Below are positions 38,052-48,220 of a DNA stretch of 64,000 nt, piece by piece. The notes beneath the pieces were generated by a model, which did not search any database, had not been told where the DNA came from, and saw only the letters and a list, made by a program, of their open reading frames with translations. The stretch lies in the NCBI GenBank assembly GCA_964606485.1, contig CAZSGP010000003.1:2481-66480 (forward strand). Reading direction: 5' to 3'. The translations under genes and the position numbers were made by a program. The first letter of the stretch is position 1; every line of letters begins with the position of its first letter. The stretch comes from an uncultured Planctomycetia bacterium (GTDB lineage Bacteria > Omnitrophota > Gorgyraeia > 2-02-FULL-51-18).

Positions 38052-39052
38052 AAAAAGCAAATAAAGCCGCAAAATCAAAGGCGGCTGGAAAAAATTTATT
38101 AAAGCCCAGCGCATCGCCGTTTCAGGAGAAGGATTTTTTAAGCATGAAAGAGGCGACCGCCGGGGATTTGGAGGCGCTGTTTCGTTTGGCAGAGCGGATG
38201 AAAAAGAGCCCTGAGACATTTTTAAATGCGCTCAAAGGAAAATCGATCGCCTTGCTTTTCCAAAAGCCTTCTGTTCGCACTCGTGTTTCTTTTCAAGTGG
38301 GAATGGGACAACTCGGCGGAAGCTCGGTGTACATGGATCCTCAGGAAATGCCGCTCGGAGAGCGTGAGTCTATTAAAGATGTGGCTCGCGTGCTTTCACG
38401 GTATTGCCAAGCCATTGTTGTTCGCAGCCACCATCACAGCTCGGTGGAAGAGCTAGCCAATCACGCGACGGTTCCGGTGATCAACGGCTTGAGCGATCAT
38501 TACCACCCATGCCAAACCCTGGCTGATTTGTTCACGGTTCGTGAAAAATTTAAATCCGTCGATAAGGTCAATATCGCTTATATCGGTGATGGAAACAACG
38601 TGCTCAACTCGCTGCTTTTTGGGGTTGCGAAAATCGGAGCCAATCTTTCTATTGCTTGCCCAAAAGGCTATGAGCCGGGTGAAGAGATTTTGAAGGACAT
38701 TAAGCTGATCGTGAAAGAGACGGGTTCGAAGATTACTTTGTCGAACAATCCGTTTACAGCCATTAAAAATGCCCACGCGATTTACACTGATGTTTGGGTG
38801 AGCATGGGCCAGGAAAAACAGCGTGACCAGCGTTTGCGCGATTTCCAACCGTTTCAAGTTAATGGTGCAATTATCAGCAAAGCTCCGAAAGATTCGGTGC
38901 TGATGCACTGCTTGCCCGCGCATCGTGGTGAAGAAATCACGGACGAGGTCATTGAGCATCCGCGTTCAGTAATTTTTGATCAGGCTGAAAACAGACTGCA
39001 CACGCAGAAGGCCTTGCTTTATTTGTTACTCACCAGAAAGAAAAGAAAATAA
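38048..39052 (+). CDS. argF: Ornithine carbamoyltransferase.
   Basis: STRTRVSF, HPCQ and HCLP motifs. The 32 aa Lys/Ala-rich N-terminal extension may not be translated; an alternative start is MKEAT at about 38144. Confidence 0.9.
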   Translation: MKKANKAAKSKAAGKNLLKPSASPFQEKDFLSMKEATAGDLEALFRLAERMKKSPETFLNALKGKSIALLFQKPSVRTRVSFQVGMGQLGGSSVYMDPQEMPLGERESIKDVARVLSRYCQAIVVRSHHHSSVEELANHATVPVINGLSDHYHPCQTLADLFTVREKFKSVDKVNIAYIGDGNNVLNSLLFGVAKIGANLSIACPKGYEPGEEILKDIKLIVKETGSKITLSNNPFTAIKNAHAIYTDVWVSMGQEKQRDQRLRDFQPFQVNGAIISKAPKDSVLMHCLPAHRGEEITDEVIEHPRSVIFDQAENRLHTQKALLYLLLTRKKRK

Positions 39053-39069
39053 ATTTTAGAGGAGATTCG

Positions 39070-40239
39070 ATGAAGAAAGTAGTTCTTGCGTATTCAGGGG
39101 GTCTAGACACCTCAGTTGCTATCAAGTGGCTGAAGGATAAGGGTTATGAAGTGGTGGCTTACATGGCGGACGTGGGTCAGGAAAAAACAACCACGGCAGC
39201 TATTGAGCGCGCTAAAAAAGCGGGTGCTTCTAAAGTCGTGGTGAGAGATCTAAAGAAAAAGTTCATCACGGATTATATTTGGCCAGCACTCAAGGCGGGG
39301 GCCGTTTACGAAGGCCGCTACACATTGGCGACGGCATTATCGAGACCCTTGATCGCAGCCGAGCAAGTCGCAGTGGCGCATGAAGAAAAAGCCACGGCAG
39401 TGGGGCATGGTTGCACCGGAAAAGGCAATGACCAGGTCCGTTTCGAGGTTACGATTCAGGCTTTGGATGGATCGCTTGAAATTTTGGCACCGCTTCGTGA
39501 GTGGGAGTTTAAATCCCGCGAGGAAGAAATTGATTATGCGCTCAAACACCACATTCCAATTGACGTGACGAAGAAGAGTTCGTTTTCGCTCGATAAAAAT
39601 ATTTGGGGTGTAAGCATTGAGTCTGGCGTGTTGGAGGATCCAAATGTTGAACCGCCACAGGAATCTTTTCAGTGGACCCGCGGAGCTGAGACGCGCAACT
39701 TAAAAGAGCGTGTGATCTCGATTCATTTTGAAAAGGGAATTCCCGTCGGTTTAAACGGCAAAAAAATGGATGCGCTAAAGCTGATCGCAGAGCTCAATGA
39801 GCTCGGTTCGCAGTACGGAATCGGACGCATGGACATGATTGAAAACCGCCTCGTTGGAATTAAGTCGAGAGAGACTTATGAAGCGCCGGCGGCTACGATT
39901 TTGCTTCAGGCCCATAAAGATTTGGAAAGCCTGGTTCTTGATCGCGAACTGCTTCATTACAAAGAAGGTATTTCGCAGAAATATGCAGATCTTGTCTATT
40001 ACGGACTGTGGTTCACGCCGCTTCGGGAGGCGCTGGATGCGTTTATCGAAACCACGCAGAAAAAAGTCACCGGCGTGGTGCGTGTAAAACTTCGCAAATA
40101 CTCCTCTCACGTGGTCGGCCGCACGTCGCCGCATTCGCGTTACAATGAGTCGCTCGCAACTTACACCGCAAAAGACAAATTCGACCACCGTCTTTCGAAG
40201 GGATTTATTGATCTGTGGGCATTGCCGTATAAAAAATGA
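39070..40239 (+). CDS. argG: Argininosuccinate synthase.
   Basis: VVLAYSGGLDTSV PP-loop; RBS GAGGAG. Confidence 0.95.
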   Translation: MKKVVLAYSGGLDTSVAIKWLKDKGYEVVAYMADVGQEKTTTAAIERAKKAGASKVVVRDLKKKFITDYIWPALKAGAVYEGRYTLATALSRPLIAAEQVAVAHEEKATAVGHGCTGKGNDQVRFEVTIQALDGSLEILAPLREWEFKSREEEIDYALKHHIPIDVTKKSSFSLDKNIWGVSIESGVLEDPNVEPPQESFQWTRGAETRNLKERVISIHFEKGIPVGLNGKKMDALKLIAELNELGSQYGIGRMDMIENRLVGIKSRETYEAPAATILLQAHKDLESLVLDRELLHYKEGISQKYADLVYYGLWFTPLREALDAFIETTQKKVTGVVRVKLRKYSSHVVGRTSPHSRYNESLATYTAKDKFDHRLSKGFIDLWALPYKK

Positions 40240-41609
40240 GTCAAAAGCTGTGGGGCGGACGTTTTAAGAAAGCCATCGATCCCGATTTTGAGCGCTTTAG
40301 TGCGTCTCTCAAATGGGATAGACGGCTTTTGCCCTACGACCTTCAGATCGATGCGGCGCACACAAAGGCGCTCGCCAAATGCGGTGTTTTAAAAACGGCT
40401 GAGGCCAAAAAACTTTTGGCGGCCATCGCAAGTCTCCAGAAAAGTTATACGAGCGGTGCGCTTAAGCTGAACGAACAAGCTGAAGATGTGCATTCGGCTA
40501 TTCAAGAAAAGCTGAAGAGTTTGTGTGGAGATCTCGCCGATAAAATTCACACAGGCCGGTCCCGCAATGATTTGGTGAATCAAAGCACTCGGCTTTATTG
40601 TCGGGAACACGCGGCGCGCGTGGCGCTTCTGATCACCGATCTTCAAAAGGCGATTCTCGCAAAGGCCGAAGAGTATAAAGATGTTTTGGTTCCAGGGATG
40701 ACGCATCTTCAAAATGCGCAAGTGCTTTCCCAGGGGCATATTTTTCTAGCCTACGTTGAAATGTTGGACCGCGCCAAGAAGCGACTCGCGGCCGCACAGC
40801 CCTTTTTTGATATTTGCGTTTTAGGAAGTGGCGCGCTTGCGGGAACTACTTTTAATTTAGACCAAAAATTAATTGCGAGGGAATTGGGTTTATCCCAGAT
40901 CACGCGCAATAGCTATGATGTATCAGGAGACCGTGATTTTGTCGTGAATATGTTGTCGAGCGGCGTGTTTGTGGGTCTTGAAATTTCGAGAATCGCCGAA
41001 GACTTGATGATTGCCCAAACTCGGGGATTTGCGACGGTTGATATCGACGAGGCCTTCTGCACTGGCAGCTCGATGATGCCGCAAAAAAAGAACGCGGATT
41101 TTGTGGAGCTTTCACGGGGCGTTGCGGGTAGTTTTATCGGAAATTTTATGGGATTTGTGTCGGTTTTAAAGGGGCTACCCACTTCCTATAACCGAGATCT
41201 ACAATGGGATAAGAAATTTCTGTTCGATACCGTTGAGCTCTGTGAAGACTCGCTTAAAATTTATATTAAATTTTTCAAAGGTCTCCGCATGAACCGCGAA
41301 CGCGCCAAAGAAGCTTTGAAAGATGAAAGTCTTTATGCGACGGATTTGGCAGATTATTTGGTGATGCGCGGTGTGGCGTTTAAGAAGGCGCATGAAATTG
41401 TCGGGCAAATCGTTAGTTTTTCAGAGGAAAAGAGGGTTCGAATTTCAGCGATTGGTCTCGACTTGCTTCAGCAATTTTCGGACCGCATTGAAGGGGATGT
41501 GTATGATTTGTTTAGCCCAGCGCATTCAGTAAACTTAAAAAAAACAATGGGCAGCACCAATCTCCGGGAAATCGACCGGCAAATCCGTTACTGGAAAAAG
41601 GATCTCTAA
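40236..41609 (+). CDS. argH: Argininosuccinate lyase.
   Basis: Fumarate-lyase signature GSSMMPQKKN. Confidence 0.95.
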   Translation: MSQKLWGGRFKKAIDPDFERFSASLKWDRRLLPYDLQIDAAHTKALAKCGVLKTAEAKKLLAAIASLQKSYTSGALKLNEQAEDVHSAIQEKLKSLCGDLADKIHTGRSRNDLVNQSTRLYCREHAARVALLITDLQKAILAKAEEYKDVLVPGMTHLQNAQVLSQGHIFLAYVEMLDRAKKRLAAAQPFFDICVLGSGALAGTTFNLDQKLIARELGLSQITRNSYDVSGDRDFVVNMLSSGVFVGLEISRIAEDLMIAQTRGFATVDIDEAFCTGSSMMPQKKNADFVELSRGVAGSFIGNFMGFVSVLKGLPTSYNRDLQWDKKFLFDTVELCEDSLKIYIKFFKGLRMNRERAKEALKDESLYATDLADYLVMRGVAFKKAHEIVGQIVSFSEEKRVRISAIGLDLLQQFSDRIEGDVYDLFSPAHSVNLKKTMGSTNLREIDRQIRYWKKDL

Positions 41610-41611
41610 TC

Positions 41612-42889
41612 ATGCATCGATTTCATTTTAAAGGAAAAGAACTTTACTGCGAAAATGTTCCGATTTCCAAAATTGCCAAAGAAGTGGGGACGCCATTTTA
41701 TTTGTACAGTGTCGGCACGTTTTTGGATCATTTTTTAAAATTAAAAGAAGCGTTTAAGCCGGCAGATCCGCTGATTTGCTTTGCAATGAAATCTAATTCG
41801 AATTTAACGGTTTTAAAAGCGCTTGCCGAGCAGGGCTCCGGATTTGACATTGTTTCCGGCGGCGAGCTCTTTCGCGCGAAAAAGGTGGGGGTGGACCCTC
41901 GTAAAATTGTTTTTGCATCGGTCGGAAAAACCGAAAAAGAAATCGAAGACGCCATCCGCTCCAATATTCTGATGTTCAATGTGGAATCCGTCCCAGAGCT
42001 TGACGCGATCAATGCGGTGGCGTGCCGCTTAAAGACCACGCAGAAAGTTGCGATTCGTGTGAATCCGGACGTGCAATCAGGCACGCATCATTACATCACT
42101 ACCGGCACCAAAGAAAATAAATTTGGATTAGACGTAGAAACGTCGTACAAGCTTTTTATGGAGTCGTACCGGTATCCTTTCTTGCGCTTTGCGGGTATTC
42201 ACATGCACATTGGTTCTCAAATCACCAATGCCAAGCCCTTTGTTCAGGCCGTCAAGAAGGGTTTACAGTTTATTGATAGTGTTCGCTACGCCGGAAATCC
42301 GGTGGAGTACTTAAATATCGGCGGTGGACTCGGTATTATTTATTCCAAGGAAAAACCACAAACAGCGGATAGTTTTGCCAAAGCAGTATTGCCGTTATTT
42401 AAAAATTACGATCTAAAGCACGGGTTAAAAATTATTCTCGAACCGGGACGTTTTATTTCCGGAAACAGCGGAATTCTTGTGACGAAGGTGTTGTACAAGA
42501 AAATTACCCAGTCGAAGTCGTTTATGATCGTGGATGCCGCGATGAATGATTTGATTCGCCCATCTTTTTACGGGGCCTATCACGAAATTACACCGGTCGT
42601 GAAGCGAAAGGGCTTGGGGAAGAATATTACAGCTGATGTCGTGGGTCCAATCTGCGAAAGTGGCGATTTTCTAGCCAAGAACCGCAAAATGGAAGACGTG
42701 CCGGTTGGGGATTTGCTAGCCGTCATGTCCTGCGGAGCTTACGGGTCGGTCATGGGTTCTAATTACAACTCGCGCCCCAAACCACCAGAAGTCGTGGTCA
42801 AAGGAAATAAATTCTTTGTGGCCCGTAAACGAGAAACGTACGAAGACTTGATTCGAAACGAAAATATTGTGGCGCAGGCGGTACGGTGA
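41612..42889 (+). CDS. lysA: Diaminopimelate decarboxylase.
   Basis: Orn/DAP/Arg decarboxylase family with the PLP Lys (FAMKSN), the GGG motif, and CESGD. Confidence 0.95.
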   Translation: MHRFHFKGKELYCENVPISKIAKEVGTPFYLYSVGTFLDHFLKLKEAFKPADPLICFAMKSNSNLTVLKALAEQGSGFDIVSGGELFRAKKVGVDPRKIVFASVGKTEKEIEDAIRSNILMFNVESVPELDAINAVACRLKTTQKVAIRVNPDVQSGTHHYITTGTKENKFGLDVETSYKLFMESYRYPFLRFAGIHMHIGSQITNAKPFVQAVKKGLQFIDSVRYAGNPVEYLNIGGGLGIIYSKEKPQTADSFAKAVLPLFKNYDLKHGLKIILEPGRFISGNSGILVTKVLYKKITQSKSFMIVDAAMNDLIRPSFYGAYHEITPVVKRKGLGKNITADVVGPICESGDFLAKNRKMEDVPVGDLLAVMSCGAYGSVMGSNYNSRPKPPEVVVKGNKFFVARKRETYEDLIRNENIVAQAVR

Positions 42890-43692
42890 AAAGAATTTCA
42901 TTTTCAAAATATGAAGCAGCGGGAAATGACTTTGTTATTTTCGACAACCGCAAAGCTTCTGTCAAAAATTTAAAAGCACTGGCTATTCGTCTCTGTGACC
43001 GTAAACACGGTATTGGTGCCGATGGTTTAATTGCGCTTGAAAAGTCTAAGTCGGATGACGTTCAAATGCGGATCATCAATCCCGATGGCAGCGAAGCGGA
43101 AATGTGCGGAAACGGGGTTCGTTGTCTTGCGCGTTTCGCCGTGACTCAAAAAATTACCAAAAATAAATTCAGCGTAGAGACGCTCGCAGGATCCATTGGT
43201 GCAGACGTGCGTGAAAACGTAGTTAAAGCAAAGCTCTCAAGCCCCAAGGATCTCAAGCTTCGCTTTTTGATAGAAAAAAACAGCAGGTTTGGAGACTTAA
43301 ATTTTGTGAATACTGGCGTGCCGCACGTTGTGAAGGTATTGGAATCGGTAGAGCGCGTCGATGCGGATCGAGACGGCCGGGAAATTCGGGAGCACGCGTA
43401 TTTTAAGCCGCGCGGCACGAACGTAAATTTTATTTCGATGCGTTCCGGCAACGCAATTGATGTGCGTACGTATGAACGCGGCGTGGAAGCGGAGACGCTA
43501 GCCTGCGGAACGGGTTCAACAGCGTCGGCGCTCGTTGCTGCAGCCATCAAAGATTTAAAATCGCCGGTCTCAGTCAAAACAAAGGGCGGCGAAATTTTGA
43601 AAGTTTATTTCTCCCGAAAGGGATTGGAGTTTTACGATGTTTTCTTGGAAGGGAAAGTAAATTTTATTTTTGATGGGGGATTTGCGCTATGA
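42886..43692 (+). CDS. dapF: Diaminopimelate epimerase.
   Basis: MCGNG and GTGS catalytic cysteine motifs. Confidence 0.9.
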   Translation: MKRISFSKYEAAGNDFVIFDNRKASVKNLKALAIRLCDRKHGIGADGLIALEKSKSDDVQMRIINPDGSEAEMCGNGVRCLARFAVTQKITKNKFSVETLAGSIGADVRENVVKAKLSSPKDLKLRFLIEKNSRFGDLNFVNTGVPHVVKVLESVERVDADRDGREIREHAYFKPRGTNVNFISMRSGNAIDVRTYERGVEAETLACGTGSTASALVAAAIKDLKSPVSVKTKGGEILKVYFSRKGLEFYDVFLEGKVNFIFDGGFAL

Positions 43693-44576
43693 GTTTCAAA
43701 GGATCGATGGTTGCTTTGGCTACGCCGTTTAAAAATGGAAAAGTAGACGAAAAAACGCTTCGCAAGCTTGTGCGCTGGCAGATTGATAACGGCACACACG
43801 GGATTGTTCCTGTGGGAACCACAGGGGAGTCTCCCACGCTTTCCTACAAAGAACACGAGCGCGTGATTCAAATTGTGGTGGAAACAGCAAATAAGGACGT
43901 TCCGGTGGTTGCGGGGACCGGGTCCAATAGCACTGACGAAGCCATTATGATTACACGTTTTGCCAAAAAAGCGGGAGCGGATGGCGCGTTGATTGTGACC
44001 CCTTATTACAACAAGCCTACGCAGGAAGGGCTGTTTCGTCATTACACAGCCATCGCAAAAGCGGTGAATATTCCCATTGTTCTTTACAATGTTCCCGGGC
44101 GCACAGCTTCGTCTTTGACTCCTGAAACGGTTGCGCGTTTGTCAAAAATTCCAACCATTGTAGCGATCAAAGAGGCGACTGGAAGTATGGATCAAACCTC
44201 TCACATCCTCTCGCTTTGTGACATCACTGTTCTCAGCGGAGATGATTCTCTAACGCTTCCACTAATGGCTCTAGGAGCCAAAGGTGTGATTTCGGTGGTG
44301 GCCAACGTAATTCCGGCCGACTGCGCCGCACTCGTAAATTCCTTTTTAGAGGGGAATGTGGATCAGGCGAGGGTTATTCATAATAAAATGTTCCCACTCT
44401 GTCGCGCCATGTTTTTTGAAACCAATCCCATCCCAGTAAAGCGCGCCATGAAGCATTTAGGACTAGCGAGTGATGAGGTTCGTTTGCCGCTTTGCGAAAT
44501 TGGCGCGGCGACCGACAAGCTGCTTCTTCAAGCCATGAAAGACTACGGCCTCAAAACAAAAGGTGGCTTATGGTAA
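43689..44576 (+). CDS. dapA: 4-hydroxy-tetrahydrodipicolinate synthase.
   Basis: GTTGES, the active-site Lys in IVAIKEATG, and YNVP. Confidence 0.95.
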   Translation: MSFKGSMVALATPFKNGKVDEKTLRKLVRWQIDNGTHGIVPVGTTGESPTLSYKEHERVIQIVVETANKDVPVVAGTGSNSTDEAIMITRFAKKAGADGALIVTPYYNKPTQEGLFRHYTAIAKAVNIPIVLYNVPGRTASSLTPETVARLSKIPTIVAIKEATGSMDQTSHILSLCDITVLSGDDSLTLPLMALGAKGVISVVANVIPADCAALVNSFLEGNVDQARVIHNKMFPLCRAMFFETNPIPVKRAMKHLGLASDEVRLPLCEIGAATDKLLLQAMKDYGLKTKGGLW

Positions 44577-45373
44577 ACGTCGCCGTTAGCGGCGCACTTG
44601 GCCGCATGGGCGTGCGGATCTTAACGCTTGCGAGCCTTTCGAAAGATTTTAAGGTTGCGGGAGCGTTCGAGCATTCTAAAAGCGCGGGCCTTGGAAAAGA
44701 TTTAGGGCAAGCACTTGGGCTCGGAAAAGAGATGGGCGTAAAAATTGAAACACTGTCCGAAAAATCCTTAAAAAACGCGGATGGTCTGATTGATTTTTCA
44801 AGCCCCGAAGGTATTCGTCAAAGCGTCGAGCTTTGCGTGAAAGCGGGAATTCCGATTGTGATCGGAACCACCGGTGTAAAACCTGAAGACGAAAAATACA
44901 TTGCTGAGGCTTCTAAAAAAATTCCGGTTATTTTTTCGCCAAACATGAGCATTGGTGCAAATTTTCTATTTGAACTAGCGCGTTTAGCCGCACAGAAACT
45001 AAATAGCGGTTATGATATTGAAATTGTGGAAGCACATCACCGTCTAAAAAAAGACGCGCCCTCTGGCACAGCCAAAAAAATTGCTCAGGTCATTTCTGAG
45101 GCTAAAGGCTGGGACTTGAAAAAAGTGGCGCGTTACGGGCGTGAGGGCGTGACCGGGGAGCGCGGTAAGGACGAGCTTGGAATCCACGTGATCCGCGCAG
45201 GTGAAATCGTTGGCGACCATACCGTTATTTTTAGCGGGGCTGGTGAAACAGTGGAGCTCGTTCACAAGGCGCATTCACGCGACGCTTTTGCTAAGGGAGC
45301 CTTAAAGGCTCTTCAATTTTTAGTTGGTAAAAAACCTGGAACTTACACCATGGCGGATGTGCTGAAAGGATAA
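44570..45373 (+). CDS. dapB: 4-hydroxy-tetrahydrodipicolinate reductase.
   Basis: MVNVAVSGALGRMG start with an AAAGGTGG RBS, overlapping the dapA stop (ATGGTAA). E.HH..K.D.PSGTA motif. Confidence 0.9.
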   Translation: MVNVAVSGALGRMGVRILTLASLSKDFKVAGAFEHSKSAGLGKDLGQALGLGKEMGVKIETLSEKSLKNADGLIDFSSPEGIRQSVELCVKAGIPIVIGTTGVKPEDEKYIAEASKKIPVIFSPNMSIGANFLFELARLAAQKLNSGYDIEIVEAHHRLKKDAPSGTAKKIAQVISEAKGWDLKKVARYGREGVTGERGKDELGIHVIRAGEIVGDHTVIFSGAGETVELVHKAHSRDAFAKGALKALQFLVGKKPGTYTMADVLKG

Positions 45374-45374
45374 G

Positions 45375-46547
45375 ATGAGCTTTTTTTTAGAAGAATCCGA
45401 GCGTTTAAAAAAATTACCGCCGTATCTTTTTGTGGAGATTGACCGCGCCAAGCGCAAAGCCATTGAAAACGGCGTTAAAGTCATCGATTTCGGGGTGGGA
45501 GATCCGGATCAACCGACACCTGATTTTATTTTAAAAGCGCATGCCAAGGACATTCAGAATCCTGCAAATCATCACTATCCGCTTGATCGTGGCAACACGG
45601 CTTTCCGTGAAAAAATTTCCGAATGGGTGAAGGCGCGATTTGGAGTCACGTTTGATCCGGCAACGGAAATTTTGCCGCTGACTGGCTCGAAAGAAGGGAT
45701 TGCGCATCTCCCACTCGCTTTTATCAATCCAGGCGATTTTACGCTGGTTCCGGATCCTTGCTATCCTCCGTATAAAAGCGGAACTCTTTTTGCTGGCGGC
45801 GTTGCTCATTTATTGCCGCTAAAGGAAGAGAATGGTTTTTTGCCTGATTTTGAATCGGTGCCGACGGACATTCTTAAAAAATCAAAAATTATTTTTGTTA
45901 ATTATCCGAACAACCCTACCGGTGCTGTAGCGAATCGTACTTTTTACGAGAAGTTAGTGGTTTGGGCGAAGAAGAATAATATTCTTATCGCATCCGATCT
46001 TGCTTATTCGGAAGTTTTCTTTGAAAAGTCGAAGCCGCTTAGCATTTTTGAAATTCCGGGAGCTCGGGACGTGGCGATTGAATTTCATTCACTTTCCAAA
46101 ACCTGCAACATGACGGGTTGGCGCGTGGGATTTGCCATCGGACGCCCGGAAGCGATCAATGCACTTTTAAAAGTGAAGTCGAATCTTGATTCCGGGGTAT
46201 TTACCGCAATTCAAAAAACCTCGATCACAGCGCTCAAAAAAAGTTTTGAATTTACAAAGAAAACCAACGCCATGTACAAACGCCGCCGTGATCTTTTGGT
46301 GACAGGTCTTCAGAAGCTTGGTTTCCCTGTTAAACCGAACGAAGCGACGTTCTATGTGTTTACGCGGCTACCCAAAAAACAGACGGATTCAACGGCTTTT
46401 TGCCGAGAACTTTTAGAGAAATGCGGCATTGTTGCCACTCCCGGTGTAGGATTTGGAAAAGCGGGAGAAGGTTATGTGCGCTTCACGCTGACTGTTCCTG
46501 AGCCCCAGATCAAAGAGGCGCTTGTTCGCATGAAGAAGGTGTTTTAA
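45375..46547 (+). CDS. dapL: Class I PLP aminotransferase, most likely LL-diaminopimelate aminotransferase (DapL).
   Basis: N-terminal YLFvEI...vIdfGvGDPdqPTP resembles the DapL signature YLFPEI...LGIGDTTEP. Sits immediately after dapB, and no dapD/dapC/dapE is present. Confidence 0.6.
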   Translation: MSFFLEESERLKKLPPYLFVEIDRAKRKAIENGVKVIDFGVGDPDQPTPDFILKAHAKDIQNPANHHYPLDRGNTAFREKISEWVKARFGVTFDPATEILPLTGSKEGIAHLPLAFINPGDFTLVPDPCYPPYKSGTLFAGGVAHLLPLKEENGFLPDFESVPTDILKKSKIIFVNYPNNPTGAVANRTFYEKLVVWAKKNNILIASDLAYSEVFFEKSKPLSIFEIPGARDVAIEFHSLSKTCNMTGWRVGFAIGRPEAINALLKVKSNLDSGVFTAIQKTSITALKKSFEFTKKTNAMYKRRRDLLVTGLQKLGFPVKPNEATFYVFTRLPKKQTDSTAFCRELLEKCGIVATPGVGFGKAGEGYVRFTLTVPEPQIKEALVRMKKVF

Positions 46548-47029
46548 TGGCAACCGTTCTCGTGGGGATTGGTTCCAATCTAGGAGATCGCCAAGCCAAT
46601 ATTGACCGCGCGCTTGAACTCATTAAAGAAAATGAAGATATTGAAATTCTAGCTCTTTCAAAAATTATTGAAACCGAGCCTGTGGGCGGCCCTGCTCAGG
46701 GAGCCTTTTTAAATGGGGCACTCAAGCTTAAAACTGATCTTTTGCCGCTTGAACTTTTATCTCAGCTTAAGATGGTGGAGCGACGCTTAGGCCGGGTTAA
46801 AAAAGAACAAGACGGCCCCCGCACGATGGATCTGGATATTTTATTTTATGATGACGTGGTGATTGTAGACGGAAAATCGCTTCAAATTCCTCACCCGCGA
46901 ATGCACGAGCGCTCGTTTGTGCTTGAGCCGCTTTCTGAAATTGCCCCCGATTTTATTCATCCCCGCCTCAAAAAGTCCGTCAAGGCGCTTTTGGATGAAC
47001 TGCTGAATGCAACTTCTTCAAAGTCCTAA
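46547..47029 (+). CDS. folK: 2-amino-4-hydroxy-6-hydroxymethyldihydropteridine pyrophosphokinase.
   Basis: V.vGiGSNLGDR and RWGPRT-like motifs. Confidence 0.9.
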   Translation: MATVLVGIGSNLGDRQANIDRALELIKENEDIEILALSKIIETEPVGGPAQGAFLNGALKLKTDLLPLELLSQLKMVERRLGRVKKEQDGPRTMDLDILFYDDVVIVDGKSLQIPHPRMHERSFVLEPLSEIAPDFIHPRLKKSVKALLDELLNATSSKS

Positions 47030-47858
47030 ACAAACTCAAACGATTTTAAATAAGCTGCGCCAAAAGGGTCGGACGATTGGTTTTGTGCCGACCATGGGGT
47101 ATTTGCATAAGGGGCATTTGTCACTTGTGCGTTTGTCTCAAAAACAAAACAACATTACAGTTGTTAGTATTTTTGTGAACCCACTTCAGTTTGGACCCAA
47201 AGAAGATTTAAAAAAATACCCACGTGATTTAAAGCGAGATTTGAAAATGCTGAAAAATCTTCGTGTGGATTTTGTTTGGATCCCGACAACTGCCCAAATG
47301 TATCCGGATGGTTTTAAAACCACAGTAACGGTAAAGGGTTTAACCGAGTCTCTTTGTGGAAAAAGCCGGCCCACGCATTTTGCGGGTGTCACCACTGTCG
47401 TCGCCAAATTGTTGAATGTAGTGAGCCCAGATAAGATTTATTTGGGTCAAAAGGATTTTCAGCAGTTTAGAGTCATTGAAAAAATGATTGAGGATTTGGA
47501 GTTGCCGGTCCAAGCGGTGATGGCGCCCATTGTGCGGGAAGAGGATGGTCTTGCGATGAGCTCGCGAAATGTCCGGTTATTGGAGCCTGAGAGAAAGCAA
47601 GCCCTCGCTTTGACGCGCGCGCTCCAAAAAGTTAAAAAAGCCGTACGCGAAGGTGAGAAATCAGCCCAAAAGCTTCAAAAGATACTAAAAAATGAGATCT
47701 CGGGGTCGACTCTGGGTCGGCTCGACTATGCCGAAATAGTGGATACGGCCAGCTTAAAGCCTATGGTAAAATTGCGTCCTGGTCAGAAGGTGCTGGCGGC
47801 CGTAGCCGTTTACTTTGGAAATACACGGCTCATCGATAACGAATTAATAAAGGCTTAA
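47007..47858 (+). CDS. panC: Pantoate--beta-alanine ligase.
   Basis: [20 protein letters not shown] motif. Confidence 0.95.
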   Translation: MQLLQSPKQTQTILNKLRQKGRTIGFVPTMGYLHKGHLSLVRLSQKQNNITVVSIFVNPLQFGPKEDLKKYPRDLKRDLKMLKNLRVDFVWIPTTAQMYPDGFKTTVTVKGLTESLCGKSRPTHFAGVTTVVAKLLNVVSPDKIYLGQKDFQQFRVIEKMIEDLELPVQAVMAPIVREEDGLAMSSRNVRLLEPERKQALALTRALQKVKKAVREGEKSAQKLQKILKNEISGSTLGRLDYAEIVDTASLKPMVKLRPGQKVLAAVAVYFGNTRLIDNELIKA

Positions 47859-47860
47859 TT

Positions 47861-48214
47861 ATGCTCAGAGTTTTAATGAAATCAAAGATTCATGGCGCGA
47901 CGGTCACCGAAGCGAATCTTCAATACACAGGCTCCATTACGATTGATTCTTCCTTAATGGAAAAAGCCAACATTTGTCCCCAGGAGCGCGTTCAAATTGT
48001 AAATCTGAATAACGGTTCACGTGTTGAAACGTATGTGCTTGAGGGCGCAAAAAATTCTGGCACGATCTGCATGAATGGCGCGGCGGCTCGTTGGGCGCAT
48101 GCCGGTGACAAAGTTATTATTATTTCTTACGGACTTCTCAATGAAGAAGAAGTAAAAGCGCACAAGCCCACCGTTATTTTTGTCGACGATAAAAACAAAG
48201 TCAAAAAAAAGTAG
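47861..48214 (+). CDS. panD: Aspartate 1-decarboxylase.
   Basis: [24 protein letters not shown] with the self-processing Gly-Ser site. Confidence 0.95.
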   Translation: MLRVLMKSKIHGATVTEANLQYTGSITIDSSLMEKANICPQERVQIVNLNNGSRVETYVLEGAKNSGTICMNGAAARWAHAGDKVIIISYGLLNEEEVKAHKPTVIFVDDKNKVKKK

Positions 48215-48220
48215 GTTTCT

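Noticed and set aside
38048-38143. Lys/Ala-rich 32 aa N-terminal extension on ArgF (MKKANKAAKSKAAGKNLLKPSAS...) as a possible targeting or novel domain.
   Set aside because: It is more likely an artefact of choosing the first in-frame ATG overlapping the argD stop. The canonical OTCase core begins near MKEATAGDL. I kept the call as a note on the argF feature only.
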